A stretch of 63,284 nt of DNA, filler included, from Octopus bimaculoides (Eukaryota), in assembly GCF_001194135.2 (NCBI RefSeq). It is 6 parts of 6 records of this genome, joined end to end, with 100 filler letters (N's around TTAATTAATTAA, not from the genome) between each part and the next. Parts side by side here need not be neighbours in the genome. Positions count along the whole stretch, not along the records: positions 1 to 22,247 come from NC_068988.1; positions 22,348 to 39,519 come from NC_068985.1; 4 more parts are not named here. The stretch is one strand, 5' to 3'. Both the position numbers and the translations under genes were made by a program. The notes under the pieces are model-generated. The model saw only the letters and a program-made list of their open reading frames with translations. It ran no database searches and was not told where the DNA came from. Shown in pieces: positions 13,521 through 26,143 of this stretch; position 1 is the first letter of the stretch, and each line of letters opens with the position of its first letter.

Positions 13521-14460
13521 AATAATATAAATATAGTGGTCAATGATCTATCATATATATATATATATATATATATATANNNNNNNNNNNNNNNNNNNNN
13601 NNNNNNNNNNNNNNNNNNNNNNNNNNNNNNNNNNNNNNNNNNNNNNNNNNNNNNNNNNNNNNNNNNNNNNNNNNNNNNNNNNNNNNNNNNNNNNNNNNNN
13701 NNNNNNNNNNNNNNNNNNNNNNNNNNNNNNNNNNNNNNNNNNNNNNNNNNNNNNNNNNNNNNNNNNNNNNNNNNNNNNNNNNNNNNNNNNNNNNNNNNNN
13801 NNNNNNNNNNNNNNNNNNNNNNNNNNNNNNNNNNNNNNNNNNNNNNNNNNNNNNNNNNNNNNNNNNNNNNNNNNNNNNNNNNNNNNNNNNNNNNNNNNNN
13901 NNNNNNNNNNNNNNNNNNNNNNNNNNNNNNNNNNNNNNNNNNNNNNNNNNNNNNNNNNNNNNNNNNNNNNNNNNNNNNNNNNNNNNNNNNNNNNNNNNNN
14001 NNNNNNNNNNNNNNNNNNNNNNNNNNNNNNNNNNNNNNNNNNNNNNNNNNNNNNNNNNNNNNNNNNNNNNNNNNNNNNNNNNNNNNNNNNNNNNNNNNNN
14101 NNNNNNNNNNNNNNNNNNNNNNNNNNNNNNNNNNNNNNNNNNNNNNNNNNNNNNNNNNNNNNNNNNNNNNNNNNNNNNNNNNNNNNNNNNNNNNNNNNNN
14201 NNNNNNNNNNNNNNNNNNNNNNNNNNNNNNNNNNNNNNNNNNNNNNNNNNNNNNNNNNNNNNNNNNNNNNNNNNNNNNNNNNNNNNNNNNNNNNNNNNNN
14301 NNNNNNNNNNNNNNNNNNNNNNNNNNNNNNNNNNNNNNNNNNNNNNNNNNNNNNNNNNNNNNNNNNNNNNNNNNNNNNNNNNNNNNNNNNNNNNNNNNNN
14401 NNNNNNNNNNNNNNNNNNNNNNNNNNNNNNNNNNNNNNNNNNNNNNNNNNNNNNNNNNNN

Positions 14461-14531
<71 letters not shown>
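14461..14531. repeat. (CTA)n microsatellite
   Basis: Direct read. Confidence 0.95.
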
Positions 14532-14533
<2 letters not shown>

Positions 14534-17459
14534 CCAATCATCAATAGCTATCATTACAACCTTATGCTCGAATAACGGGTGTGTACGTGGCATGAACATA
14601 AGGTGTTATTAGAAATCAATACTAATATATTATATAACTAAGTGGAAATATGCAGAAATATTAATCACTTTTGAAAATTAATATCTCTAATGGATTACAG
14701 TATTAAAGATTTTAAAGATTTCACTTCAATATAAAACCCCTTTAGCCACTATATTATATTGAGAAACTACACGATCTGCGAATTCTGTTAACGTACATTA
14801 CCAAGAGACCGTTGACGAATAGCTGAAACTTCAAGAAGTTATTTAATAAATGAGTGACTTAATAATAAACTTCGTGATTATAGTTATGAATTTTATACAG
14901 GGAAGTTTAGGTAGACTTCAAGTGTGTCGGTGCAAATCGTATACAGTAATCACTCGCCATATCGCGGTTCACCTATAGCGGTATATTATTTAAGCTTACG
15001 TCGACTCTTCTGTAGGGTTGTTTTGCATTTAAAATAAAATAGATATATATAATATATTATCATTATTATACCACAATATATAGAACTTTCTATACGACCA
15101 CCATTATCATTGCTATTATACATGTAATAATAACTTTAGGTTAGCACTATTCAGTTTAACTTAAACAACTTGAAGTGGTTAAATTTACCATCGTACTCAC
15201 ATTTTCACCGTTTTTAAGGAATGTGATAGGTTGATTATAGTAATATAAGATCTGTAATATAACCATTTTTTTAACACCTAGAAAATTCAACATATATATA
15301 TATATANNNNNNNNNNNNNNNNNNNNNNNNNNNNNNNNNNNNNNNNNNNNNNNNNNNNNNNNNNNNNNNNNNNNNNNNNNNNNNNNNNNNNNNNNNNNNN
15401 NNNNNNNNNNNNNNNNNNNNNNNNNNNNNNNNNNNNNNNNNNNNNNNNNNNNNNNNNNNNNNNNNNNNNNNNNNNNNNNNNNNNNNNNNNNNNNNNNNNN
15501 NNNNNNNNNNNNNNNNNNNNNNNNNNNNNNNNNNNNNNNNNNNNNNNNNNNNNNNNNNNNNNNNNNNNNNNNNNNNNNNNNNNNNNNNNNNNNNNNNNNN
15601 NNNNNNNNNNNNNNNNNNNNNNNNNNNNNNNNNNNNNNNNNNNNNNNNNNNNNNNNNNNNNNNNNNNNNNNNNNNNNNNNNNNNNNNNNNNNNNNNNNNN
15701 NNNNNNNNNNNNNNNNNNNNNNNNNNNNNNNNNNNNNNNNNNNNNNNNNNNNNNNNNNNNNNNNNNNNNNNNNNNNNNNNNNNNNNNNNNNNNTGTCGCA
15801 CTATATGTTGTCGGATGCTTTATTTTTCTGAGCTTTTGGATAGCTAAGGACATAGTAAATACCATCTTATAGGAAATTAATATCATCAATAAGTATAGAA
15901 ACAGGTGTCTCTTCTAATGATTATTCAATTTCTGTTAAAACAAATGTGTTGTAATTGAATATACAAATAAAATTGTATTTCAGAGCCCGAATCTTCATTA
16001 TGCAAACGACGTTAAGAGGCAAGCGGACCCGGAAGCCATGCTATTTTGCCACCAACTTCCATATTTTGAAGTGCTACGATTGTGAGATATTCATAAAAAA
16101 AACAAAAAAAACTACCGGACACAGTTTTAATCTCATCATTCAGCAACAAATCCCTTCTGGAAATGTTATTTAATAAAAAAAAAACTAATAAATAAATCTC
16201 AGAAGAAATATTAGGAAATTGTTGAGGTCGTGTAAGGACCTGGGCTCCTTACTTCAGAAGTGTATTTGTTAGCGGGCACAAATTTACCTGATGATAATCA
16301 GAATCATGAAGCTTTAAGCCCCATACGATTGAGTATATATAGAGAGGGTCGATTAACTTGAGTAATAAGCAATTTCACACAGCATGTTGGCAGTCTTCGT
16401 AAGAAAGCGGCTGGGATAAAGAAAGTAGTTGTGCATGATTTGTAAAACTTATGAAACATTTATTTGGAAATAAGCCTGTATTATGCATGGCACAAGTTCA
16501 AATCCTGCCAAAATCGCTATTTTTCTATCCATCTCCATGGTGTCAGCAAAATAAAGCAATAGTCACGGACTGAGTATTTCAACTAACGTCAACTCAAATT
16601 GTGGAGATCTTGCCTCATGAGAAAAAACATTATCCACGACACAACAACTGCGTCGTATTTCATCGAACGTTTTCAAACAGTTGGCCATTTTTTTTTATTG
16701 CAATTCATAAAAGAACAACAGCTAAAGCATAATAATAAAGAACTAAATCAACAAGGTGGGGAGAAAATAAAAATGGGTCAGTGTTTACACTAGAATTCCC
16801 GAATGTTTTATCTGTTTTTTCTTTTACTTATATATTTTCGTGTTTGATTCTTTATAAAACATATGATGTAATGATAAAACTTGGGAAATTATATGCATGA
16901 ATTCTTCAGTTTAGGTTGAAAGCTGTCAGTTAAGGCAAATACATAAGTTGTGTGTTTTTTGTTTTCTCTCTCTGTTTCTCTGTCTTGGTTTTTCTGTTTG
17001 AAACAAAGGAATAAACAAACACATTGAAAGCGAACATATATTTCAAGATAAACTTCCAGACATTGAAATAAACAATGTTCCAAGGTATTTAACACCCATC
17101 ACCTTTATCTTCTCAATCTTTTATTGTACACGTTTCATTTCTTACAACGTTCAACTTTTCTAGTTTTCAAAAGAACATTAGTCATTATTTTCTTTTATAT
17201 AATAATTATTCATTTTAAATATCTATTTACTTATTTATTTATGTATTTATTGAAGTAGATTGTTTGTTTATTCTTCATTTTGTTTGCGTGTACTTGTTTG
17301 TTTGTTTGTTTTTTCAACATTCTGCTTCATTGATAATGTTCATTAATCAAACGTGTCTTGCAAAGACATACACACGCACACATATACACGTACACAAATA
17401 CATGCATACATACATATTGTATGTGTGTACGTGATATGTAGCTGTGTTCAGGAATGTAC

Positions 17460-17496
<37 letters not shown>

Positions 17497-19080
17497 CCTA
17501 TCAACCATTTTATATGCGTGTATATATGTGCAAATGTATATGTAAAAATCCACACATAGACACACTGACACGTACATGTATGCGCACTATTTCCTTTTAC
17601 TCTCACACGAGTGACACACACGTTCATGTATGTGTATGTGTACGTGTATGTGTATGTGTGTGAGTATATATAAATATACATATATGCGCTCGCACACATT
17701 CACACAAATGCCCACCATTTTTTTTCTTATACAACTGATACACATATTCAATGGTGTGTGTGTCTGTAAATGCATGCGTATATATATATACTCATACACA
17801 CACACATTTATATATAACACTGAGTTCGTGGTTCTTGCCAAATTTTAGCAACGACAAGGCGATAGTTGATTTGATGATTTCAAACAGAAACGTAGTTGTT
17901 TAGAGAACGGTATGTTAAGACTCTTCTATTTGATGTAACTCCACTACATAGCCCAGAAGCGTGTATCCTCTCGAATGTAAAATGTTAACGTCTAGATAAG
18001 TAAACAAAACTTCCTCTTGAATCATTGGATTTTAGAAGGAATAAAGACAGTGCTTAATACTCATTTCTTTTTTATTCCTTTTGAGTAGATATATTTCTCC
18101 TTTTCTGATATCAGAACAGAGTCGAATTATTTAAACAAATAAAGAACTCTTCTGGTGCGTAATGAATTTATGTCGGGAACATGAAAGCAAAATTTCAAAA
18201 CCTGCCGAAATTCGATATTTAGAAACTTAGAAGGCCGAAATCCTTCGAAATAGAGAGCTGGATGTTATTTATTCAGTGAGAATAAATAACATCCAGCGGC
18301 ATTTTCCCATTTATTACACCGAGTACAAATTCCATCGTGGAAAACTTTGTCTTTCATCCTTTCGTACTCGATAAAATAAGTACTAGTTCAGTAAGCTGGT
18401 TCGTCTTACCGTACATTTTGTCCTTGTGCCAATATTTGAAGTTAATATCACATACCAAGTTCGATCTTTAAGAAGACTACATATGAACTGAGGCGGAGCA
18501 AATTAAAGGAGTAGGCTCCATTAATTAAGCCTTGTTGATATTGCCGACCTTGAGAATGGGAAAGCAAGGTTCACCTCTGTGGGATTTGAACTTATGAAAA
18601 TGTGCTATATCTATAATCATACAATTTGAAGAATTACAATTCGTCACAAGTAAAAATGGATTGGGAATAGTATGTATCAAGTAAAGAAAGTTTCAACAGT
18701 ATAATATTTGAGATATTACTGTAAAACCATTCACGCCCCATATACTTCTACACTCCACCTTCATCTCTCAATTATTCATTGCCCATTCTCCCCTACTCAT
18801 CGGACAAAAGCCTTCTACGCATTCTAGTACAATGTTCACTTCTCTTAAAGACAAGTGGGTATTTCGTCATCACCAGTTACAATGTTAAGAATCCTGAGAT
18901 TGACTCAAGGGAATTTTGCACAATGTTTTGAAAATCAATTAGTTTTCATTTCCACACTGCTTCCATTTCGTCATTAACTTTCTCTCTCTCCCCTCCCCCA
19001 CCATTTCTTTCTACAAGTGCCCCACCCACATACTATTCGTCTACTCCTCCACAATGTTTCTTCTCTTCTATTAAGTTCTC

Positions 19081-19203
19081 ATTATCAACGTCATCATCGG
19101 TTTCGTCGTCGTCGCCGTCGTCATCGTCGTCGTCAGGGTCGTCATGATCATCATGATCCTCATCATCATCACCACCACCACCACTATCATCATCATCATC
19201 ATC

Positions 19204-19251
<48 letters not shown>

Positions 19252-19252
19252 G
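19081..19252. repeat. Compound (CGT)/(CAT)/(CAC) trinucleotide repeat
   Basis: Direct read; source of the poly-His/poly-Met ORFs. Confidence 0.95.
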
Positions 19253-19368
19253 ATAACGTCATCGTATTAATCACTTTAAGTCGTATATTAAAAATTGTTT
19301 TGTTACGCAATGTCTGCGTTTGTACTACTTTCTATCTATCTATCTATCTATCTCTCTCTCTCTCTCTG

Positions 19369-19404
<36 letters not shown>

Positions 19405-19418
<14 letters not shown>

Positions 19419-19475
19419 GGCACTCCGTCGCTTACGACGTCGAGGGTTCCAGTTGATCCGATCAACGGAACAGCC
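19405..19475 (-). mobile_element. SINE 3' tail fragment shared by types B and C
   Basis: Near-identical to 51074-51134 and reverse complement of 41798-41854. Confidence 0.8.
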
Positions 19476-19952
19476 GTTTTGCATTTATGGAGAAAACACT
19501 ATGATATCCCTACTCTCACTTATATCACATTTCTCTAACACACATTTGTTGAATGGATATTATTTTTCAAGAATTTCTTTTTGTATTGTGTCTTTTACCT
19601 GTTGCAGTCATTAGCTTGCTGTGATTCTGGTGGGACCGTCTTGAAGAAGACTTTTAGTCGAACGAATTGCACATATTTCAGAGTTTGAATCATGGTACTT
19701 ATTCCATCTGTCTTTTTTGTGGAACTGCTAATTCATAGAGATGTAACCAGACCGACAACGGTTATCATATCAGGCACACGCCCAGGTCTGTTCTTATCCT
19801 GTATCTCTTATATCAATTAACAGTAATGTATCCTACGTCACTTTATAGTGGTGTACACTATATCATTCCACGATCTTGTACGTTATGTCAACTGATATTG
19901 TTACATTCCATAACTTTGCACAGCATATATTCTATCAGTATTTGCAATGTTA

Positions 19953-20180
19953 TTGGGTCGTCCGGAAAGTTCGTGGCGATTTTTAAAGGAAAGAAAAAGG
20001 TCAATAAATACTTGCGGTTACATTTTTAATCAACCAAATATGAACCATTTTGTTGCACAATGCGTCTCCATCTTTCCTTTAGCTTGACAATACCCTCTTC
20101 GCAGAACTGAGGTGGTTTCAAGGCAAATAAGTGGAAAGGTAAGCTGCTATAAATCGGCACGAACTTTCTGGACAACTTAA
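19953..20180 (-). mobile_element. Mariner-derived internally deleted element (MITE-like)
   Basis: ~30-bp TIRs TTGGGTCGTCCGGAAAGTTCGTGGCGATTT / AAATCGGCACGAACTTTCTGGACAACTTAA, TA on both sides. Interior encodes EEGIVKLKERWRRIVQQNGSYLVD* (mariner C-terminus). Confidence 0.85.
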
Positions 20181-22092
20181 TATATTCCATGTAAATTCAC
20201 AACAGTATATTCCATATCATTCCTCATGTAACAAGACAGTGTTATATTCCATATTATTTCACACTGGTATATTCTATGTCCTTTAACATTTCGTGTCAAT
20301 GGTCACAGAATACAGTCAAATACAGTCAGTGTTTGACTTCAATTGACCATCGTGTAATCGATACCTACAATTTACAATTGCAGATTATAAATTGCTAGAG
20401 AAATACACAAATCCTAACGATTAACCCATCCAATTCCAGCCAAAATATAAAAGTGTTACAGTCACAAATGTAAGTCTTATTGTTATTTTCATAGACATTT
20501 TCCCGACAATCATCTTTAGGGCCATGGACATTATTAATCTGTTTAGTAGCGACAGTAATACCACTGGAATAATTTTTGTCTTGAGCTTAAAAAAAAAAAA
20601 AATGTACAAACATGATGCTAAAATAGCAGCCAGAAACCTAGGAGTGATAAGTTACTGTTTTAAAATATAAGGACACACTATATAATATGTTCCTTTATAC
20701 ATTGTTGATATATCTGTGACCATTGTTCTACATGATCAGATCTGTCGAAAGGCTAAGCAACGGCTTGACCATCTAGAAATAGTAGTCAAATTCCAGCAAA
20801 TCATACGCTCTCATTTTCAAAAAAAGGGGGCACCATTCTGTGAGCCTATTATGTAAGGACAATAGGTTGATCCCGTATAAGAATATGGCTCATACGAATC
20901 GACAATAGTCTCTGTAAAGAAACCAGAGCACGTTAAAATATAAGACTAGTTAGAATATCGACCGTTTATATGCTAATATTCTCCCCAGCCATTTTAACTC
21001 AGCTAACTGTGAACTTTAACGAAGAAAAATGGTAACAGAATACGGAAATTTTCCGCAATAATGATTATATATTATCTCAGAACTGTCTTCCTTTTCTTTT
21101 TCTATTTAAGAAACAAAATTTTACAATAATTTATCTTACATAATTGCGTCAGAGTTAAATGATTTTCAGTCATTTTATTTTTGCAAAGAACTTCTGATTA
21201 CTATGTCAAATGCAGCAGAAGGAATAATGTAAATCGCGAACAAATAAATAAAAGCAAGGAATAAAGAAACAAAATTTACTACGATGAAAAAACAAAGAAA
21301 GAAAAATACCCGTAAAGTGTAATCAACAAAGCACTAAACAGCTAAAGAGGAGGGGAAAATAGATAAAACAGATAAAGAAAGAACAATGATATCAATGTCT
21401 TGATTACTTAGTAGAATTAAAACTTTTAGCAATGATCACATGTTTAAAACAAAAGCAATAAGACGAACAAGAAAAGATAAAAAAAGATATTGTTGCTTAG
21501 AAACAATAGTAATAATGGTAAGAAGTGAAGGAGAAGATGTAGATATAAGAAAGAAAGAGTGGAATAATTGTTTAAGTGGAGAATTCAAAGAAACACAACA
21601 TTACAAGCCTAAACAAATGTTTGAAATAGAAAATGACATCAAATAGAATTGGAACTGTGATAACAATTAACAAGATGAGTAATAATTTTTTTCTAATTAT
21701 AGCACAAGGCCAGGAATTTAGAGTAGGGAATAAATCTCGAGTACAAAAACCACAGTAATTGACTGGTACGTTAGGTTATCGACCCCGAGAGAATGAAACT
21801 AAGTGCACCTCGGTTAAATTTTAATTCAGTTGATTAAACGCTGAAAGAAATAGGGCAAGGCATGTTTGCCCCATGCGCTAACTATTCAACTCGGCCACAG
21901 CATTGAGGCCAGCAATTTCTAGGGAATGGGTGAGTTGATTACATCGACCCTAATGTTAAACTGTTTCTTATTTATTGACACCCAAAGGAATAAAGGTAAA
22001 GTCCACCTTGACGGGAATTTGCACATAAGCATCTAATTCTGACTTTGTAAAGATGCTGCAAGTTTGACACTATAATAAGATGTATAAGTATG

Positions 22093-22162
<70 letters not shown>

Positions 22163-22166
22163 TAAC

Positions 22167-22247
<81 letters not shown>
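22093..22247. repeat. (AAT)n then (GAT)n
   Basis: Direct read. Confidence 0.95.
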
Positions 22248-22347
22248 NNNNNNNNNNNNNNNNNNNNNNNNNNNNNNNNNNNNNNNNNNNNTTAATTAAT
22301 TAANNNNNNNNNNNNNNNNNNNNNNNNNNNNNNNNNNNNNNNNNNNN
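22248..22347. other. Artificial scaffold-join spacer
   Basis: N44 + TTAATTAATTAA + N44 = 100 bp. Confidence 0.9.
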
Positions 22348-22386
<39 letters not shown>

Positions 22387-23568
22387 ACGTATATATATAC
22401 GTGTGTGTGTGTTTGTATGTATATATATGTGTGTGTGTGACGGTCGATGAGCGTGTAAATATAGAGGGTTGCGTATTTGTACATGAGTTGGGTGTCGCGA
22501 ATGCATATATGAGGGAGCGTATGTCCGTCTGTACGTGAGTGAGTGAATGTGCCTATTGACAGGATGACCGATGTATGTCGATATGTATGTGCATATGTGT
22601 GAGCGTACGTTTGGGTTAGTGCATGTGTGTGTGAATTTATATGGGCGTGCGTGTACAGTATACATATGTATGTGTGTGTCTGTCTGTCTCTGTGTATAAG
22701 TCGGTGTATGAAGCAACAAAGACTAAAGATTGGAATGACATCCCCACTAAAATTCCTGACCATCCCGTTAAGCTTGACTGCTCTAACCAGCCATTCAAAC
22801 GCCTATGCACAATAAAGTCATTCAATCTGATGCTATAAACACCTTCTCCACTCACACAATCCTCCATTTACATTAGATTCGCTGTAAGTTTTATTTCTCA
22901 ATTTTTTTTTTTAGTAACGACTTCTTGACCACAACTATAAACACCCCTACTCTTACTTATATTAGAGGCATCGTGTTTTTATTCTTTCATTTTCTTCCTA
23001 ACCACATCTTCACTTTACCAAATGCGTCTGAACTGGAAGCGAAAATGGAACGTGAATCTGGTAACTCCCACTTGGGAGCAATGCAGGATGAAGCCGAAAC
23101 GATTATTGTGTTAATAAATGCTTCTAGTTTCACTCCGTCTTCCATATTAATAATTTAAGATATATATATATAATTGAATAAGAGAGTTAACAAGGAGTAC
23201 GGTTGGACAGTTATTTTTTAACCACTACACATGTTTCATACCACATAGTTCTTCATATACAGGAACTTGATTATTCAGCGGTTTACCTCTGTAATGGGAT
23301 CCAATTGTATTTCTTCAGGTGATATTCAATTGCTCTCCCCGTTATTTACAAAATCTTCGATATCGATGCTAACACATCCATCTGCCTTGTTTGCATTTAA
23401 TAGACGCTTACAGTTTCATTCCGCTTGCTGTTAACATGCTTCAGCGTGTCTGCTATGAGTGGTATTGGATGTATTGGCTGTTTATTTTGTTCCTCATGTT
23501 AGGTTTCACGTGTGAAATTTTATTATCCGACTTTCAGTATTCGTTGGTTCAAAAACACACAGCCATGC

Positions 23569-23601
<33 letters not shown>

Positions 23602-24094
23602 NNNNNNNNNNNNNNNNNNNNNNNNNNNNNNNNNNNNNNNNNNNNNNNNNNNNNNNNNNNNNNNNNNNNNNNNNNNNNNNNNNNNNNNNNNNNNNNNNNN
23701 NNNNNNNNNNNNNNNNNNNNNNNNNNNNNNNNNNNNNNNNNNNNNNNNNNNNNNNNNNNNNNNNNNNNNATTCATGTTCACACACAAATACACTCACATA
23801 TGCCTTCATACATAAACAGTCATTTACATACGTATATATACGCATGCATATAAATCTCTCGCATCCTCTTGTGTATATATATATATATATATATATATAC
23901 ACGCATATACATGCAAACTTCTATATATACACCGATCAACAGATACATTCAACTCGTACATACATGCATATACATTTATTTACATATATGTACTTACTTA
24001 TATTTTTGAGCACTCCAATATATATACATGTGGGATGGAAAGGATGGGAAGTGGGGGAACTGAATTATAATCATTATTTTTATACACTGCACCA

Positions 24095-25920
24095 TCTTGA
24101 AAATGCATATTTGGCGCGGTGGTTACAACTTGGAATTTTCTCATCATGCTTGTTTACCAGGTTCTCATTACACAGTAGTATGCGCAATGCTCCCTCAAGG
24201 CAAAGGTCATATTTGCCGGATGGCGAATTACATGGGTGTGCATTTTTATTATTGACCATTTCATTTCGTATTTAATTTTTTATTCTTTCAGTCTCCATAA
24301 CAGGTCCACCAGTGAAGTTGCATGTCATTTGTTTACTTTTTTGGAATGACGAGATGTGGTTGCGATAACGGACTTTTAATTGGTTTTCCAACTCACCTAT
24401 ATATACATATTTATGCTGGGATGTGGATATTATGCATTTGTGTAATATATATATATATTTTATTTTTTGTTGACACATTGATTCATGAGCGGACAAGCAG
24501 ATTTTCTAGGGATTGTGCAGTTATTTGTACCATCATTATTTATATGTTTATCTGGTGACATTTTGATTCTGTTTTCATGACGAACCGTTTGATTGTTAGT
24601 GTCTGAAGCACTCTGGAATCGGCAATATTTTTTATTGGATTTTTTTTTTGATGATTCGTTTTAATTTTATTGCCACCGTCTTGTACGCTATCTGATTTTT
24701 TTGATTTTTTTTATTGGCCTTAAATTCTCTGATGTTTTATTAGTTTGTTCTTTGCCAGCAGACATTGTTTGTTTGTTAACTTTCCTGTGGTATTCATGTG
24801 TGTAGTACTCCAAGTTGGAAGACTTTGCGTACGATATTTTCACTATGTGCTTGCTAAATAAACGGTAATATTTATGTGTTTTAGGAAAGCATCTATTTAA
24901 TGCTGCAATGAATGGCTTACCTATCTTGGACGATATTTGCAGTCCAAAAATTGGATTATACCATAGAGCCTCCGAATTTTTGTACCCTTTGCTTGGTTTC
25001 TTCTTCCTATTTTGCGTATTTTTGCAATTATGTGCGTCTATATTACAATTATTTTTATTCTTTTGGGTTATATCTGTCTTCCTCCGATCTTTCTTTCCGT
25101 TCTTCCTCGGGTTTTCTCTTCTTTATTATTATTCGTTCGTTGATGTCATTCGTGTTTTGTGTGTAGTCTACATTATTTGCGTTTGTGTTATTGTTATTTG
25201 TGGTGTCGTTATTTTCAAATATGATTTTCCCTTTATATCCCGCCCTAAGTAGCGCCTCTTTGTAGTATGGTGCATCTTGCTCGAATATTTCCTCTGTGGC
25301 TAATAATCTTGATATTCTGGTAAATATGTTCCTAATTATTCCTTTGGTTATGGACAGTGGATGATTGGAACTTAAGCACTCATTTGGCTACTTTCCATAT
25401 TAAAATTCGCATCTAGAAAGTTTACCTTACGGTGATTACAGTCTATGGTTATAGAAAGGCCGAAACTTTTTAAAAAGTTGTGGAGTTCTTTCTATATCTT
25501 TCTATCTCTATTTTTATACAGTTTGTCATTAGGAAAAGAGCATCGTTCCTATACAGACTTCCCGTTATCTGTGGGAATTCAGATTTGATCAGGAATAAGA
25601 GGAAGATTCCAGCGATATCCGTTACCTGAGCAGAGTCACTCAATCCCATTATTATATCAAACGAATTAGCCCCGTCTGATCTCGTCCATAATTTGTTATC
25701 GTAACTAATGACAGTTTGACCAGCTGTTAAAATTCTGTCCACGTCTGCCCTAAATAAACAAGATATTTCCATTGCGAATATAAGAGCTTTATTTAGTACT
25801 ATAGGATTAATCGTGGGATAGTAGCTATCTATATCTAATTGTATAAATTTGTATTTTTTAGTTTTCTCCGCTTTCGTAAATCATCCGATAACCTCCCGAG
25901 TGCCGGATCACAATGAAAGT
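24095..25920 (-). mobile_element. Penelope-like element (Neptune-type), 5'-truncated, RT plus GIY-YIG, pseudogenised
   Basis: RT: FIQLDIDSYYPTI, FDIIMGLSDSAQVTDIAGIFLL, LYRNDAL, FGLSITIDCNHRKVNFLD, APYYKEALLRAGY, WYNPIFG. EN: YIGELENQLKVRYRNHISSF, LWRLKE, KWSII...DLCLE...LVNKHDE...CNH. Confidence 0.9.
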
Positions 25921-26143
25921 CTAATCTCAGTAAAATAAGAATTCAGAGAGAATCAGGTAGCTGAAAATATATACACAAGGTAGGGACGGATAAAACTGTG
26001 GTTCCGGACTATGTTTGGTAAGTACCAAATAGGATATTCCGGTTGTGTTCACAGAGAAAACCAACCCTACGATTATTTAGCACCTAAGTGCAGCTCGAAA
26101 TCACGCGTTACTTTGAGTAGTACGTTGTTGGCATATTCTAGGG

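Noticed and set aside
17849-17909. Exon-like AG...GTATGT segment
   Set aside because: Stop codons in all three frames.
19017-19614. Poly-His/poly-Met/poly-Ile ORFs (also 22080-22299, 60692-61216, 13536-14612)
   Set aside because: Translations of trinucleotide microsatellites with no flanking coding signal.
21100-21660. Purine-rich stretch with KYP*SVINKAL, PLE-like
   Set aside because: Only one weak motif and many stops.
23180-23470. Possible exons on either strand (acceptor ttgtatttcttcag; VYEELC motif)
   Set aside because: Short frames ending in stops, no family match, mutually inconsistent models.
25868-25892. CGGATGATTTACGAAA on minus, hammerhead-like
   Set aside because: No stem II, and it lies within the PLE RT reading frame.
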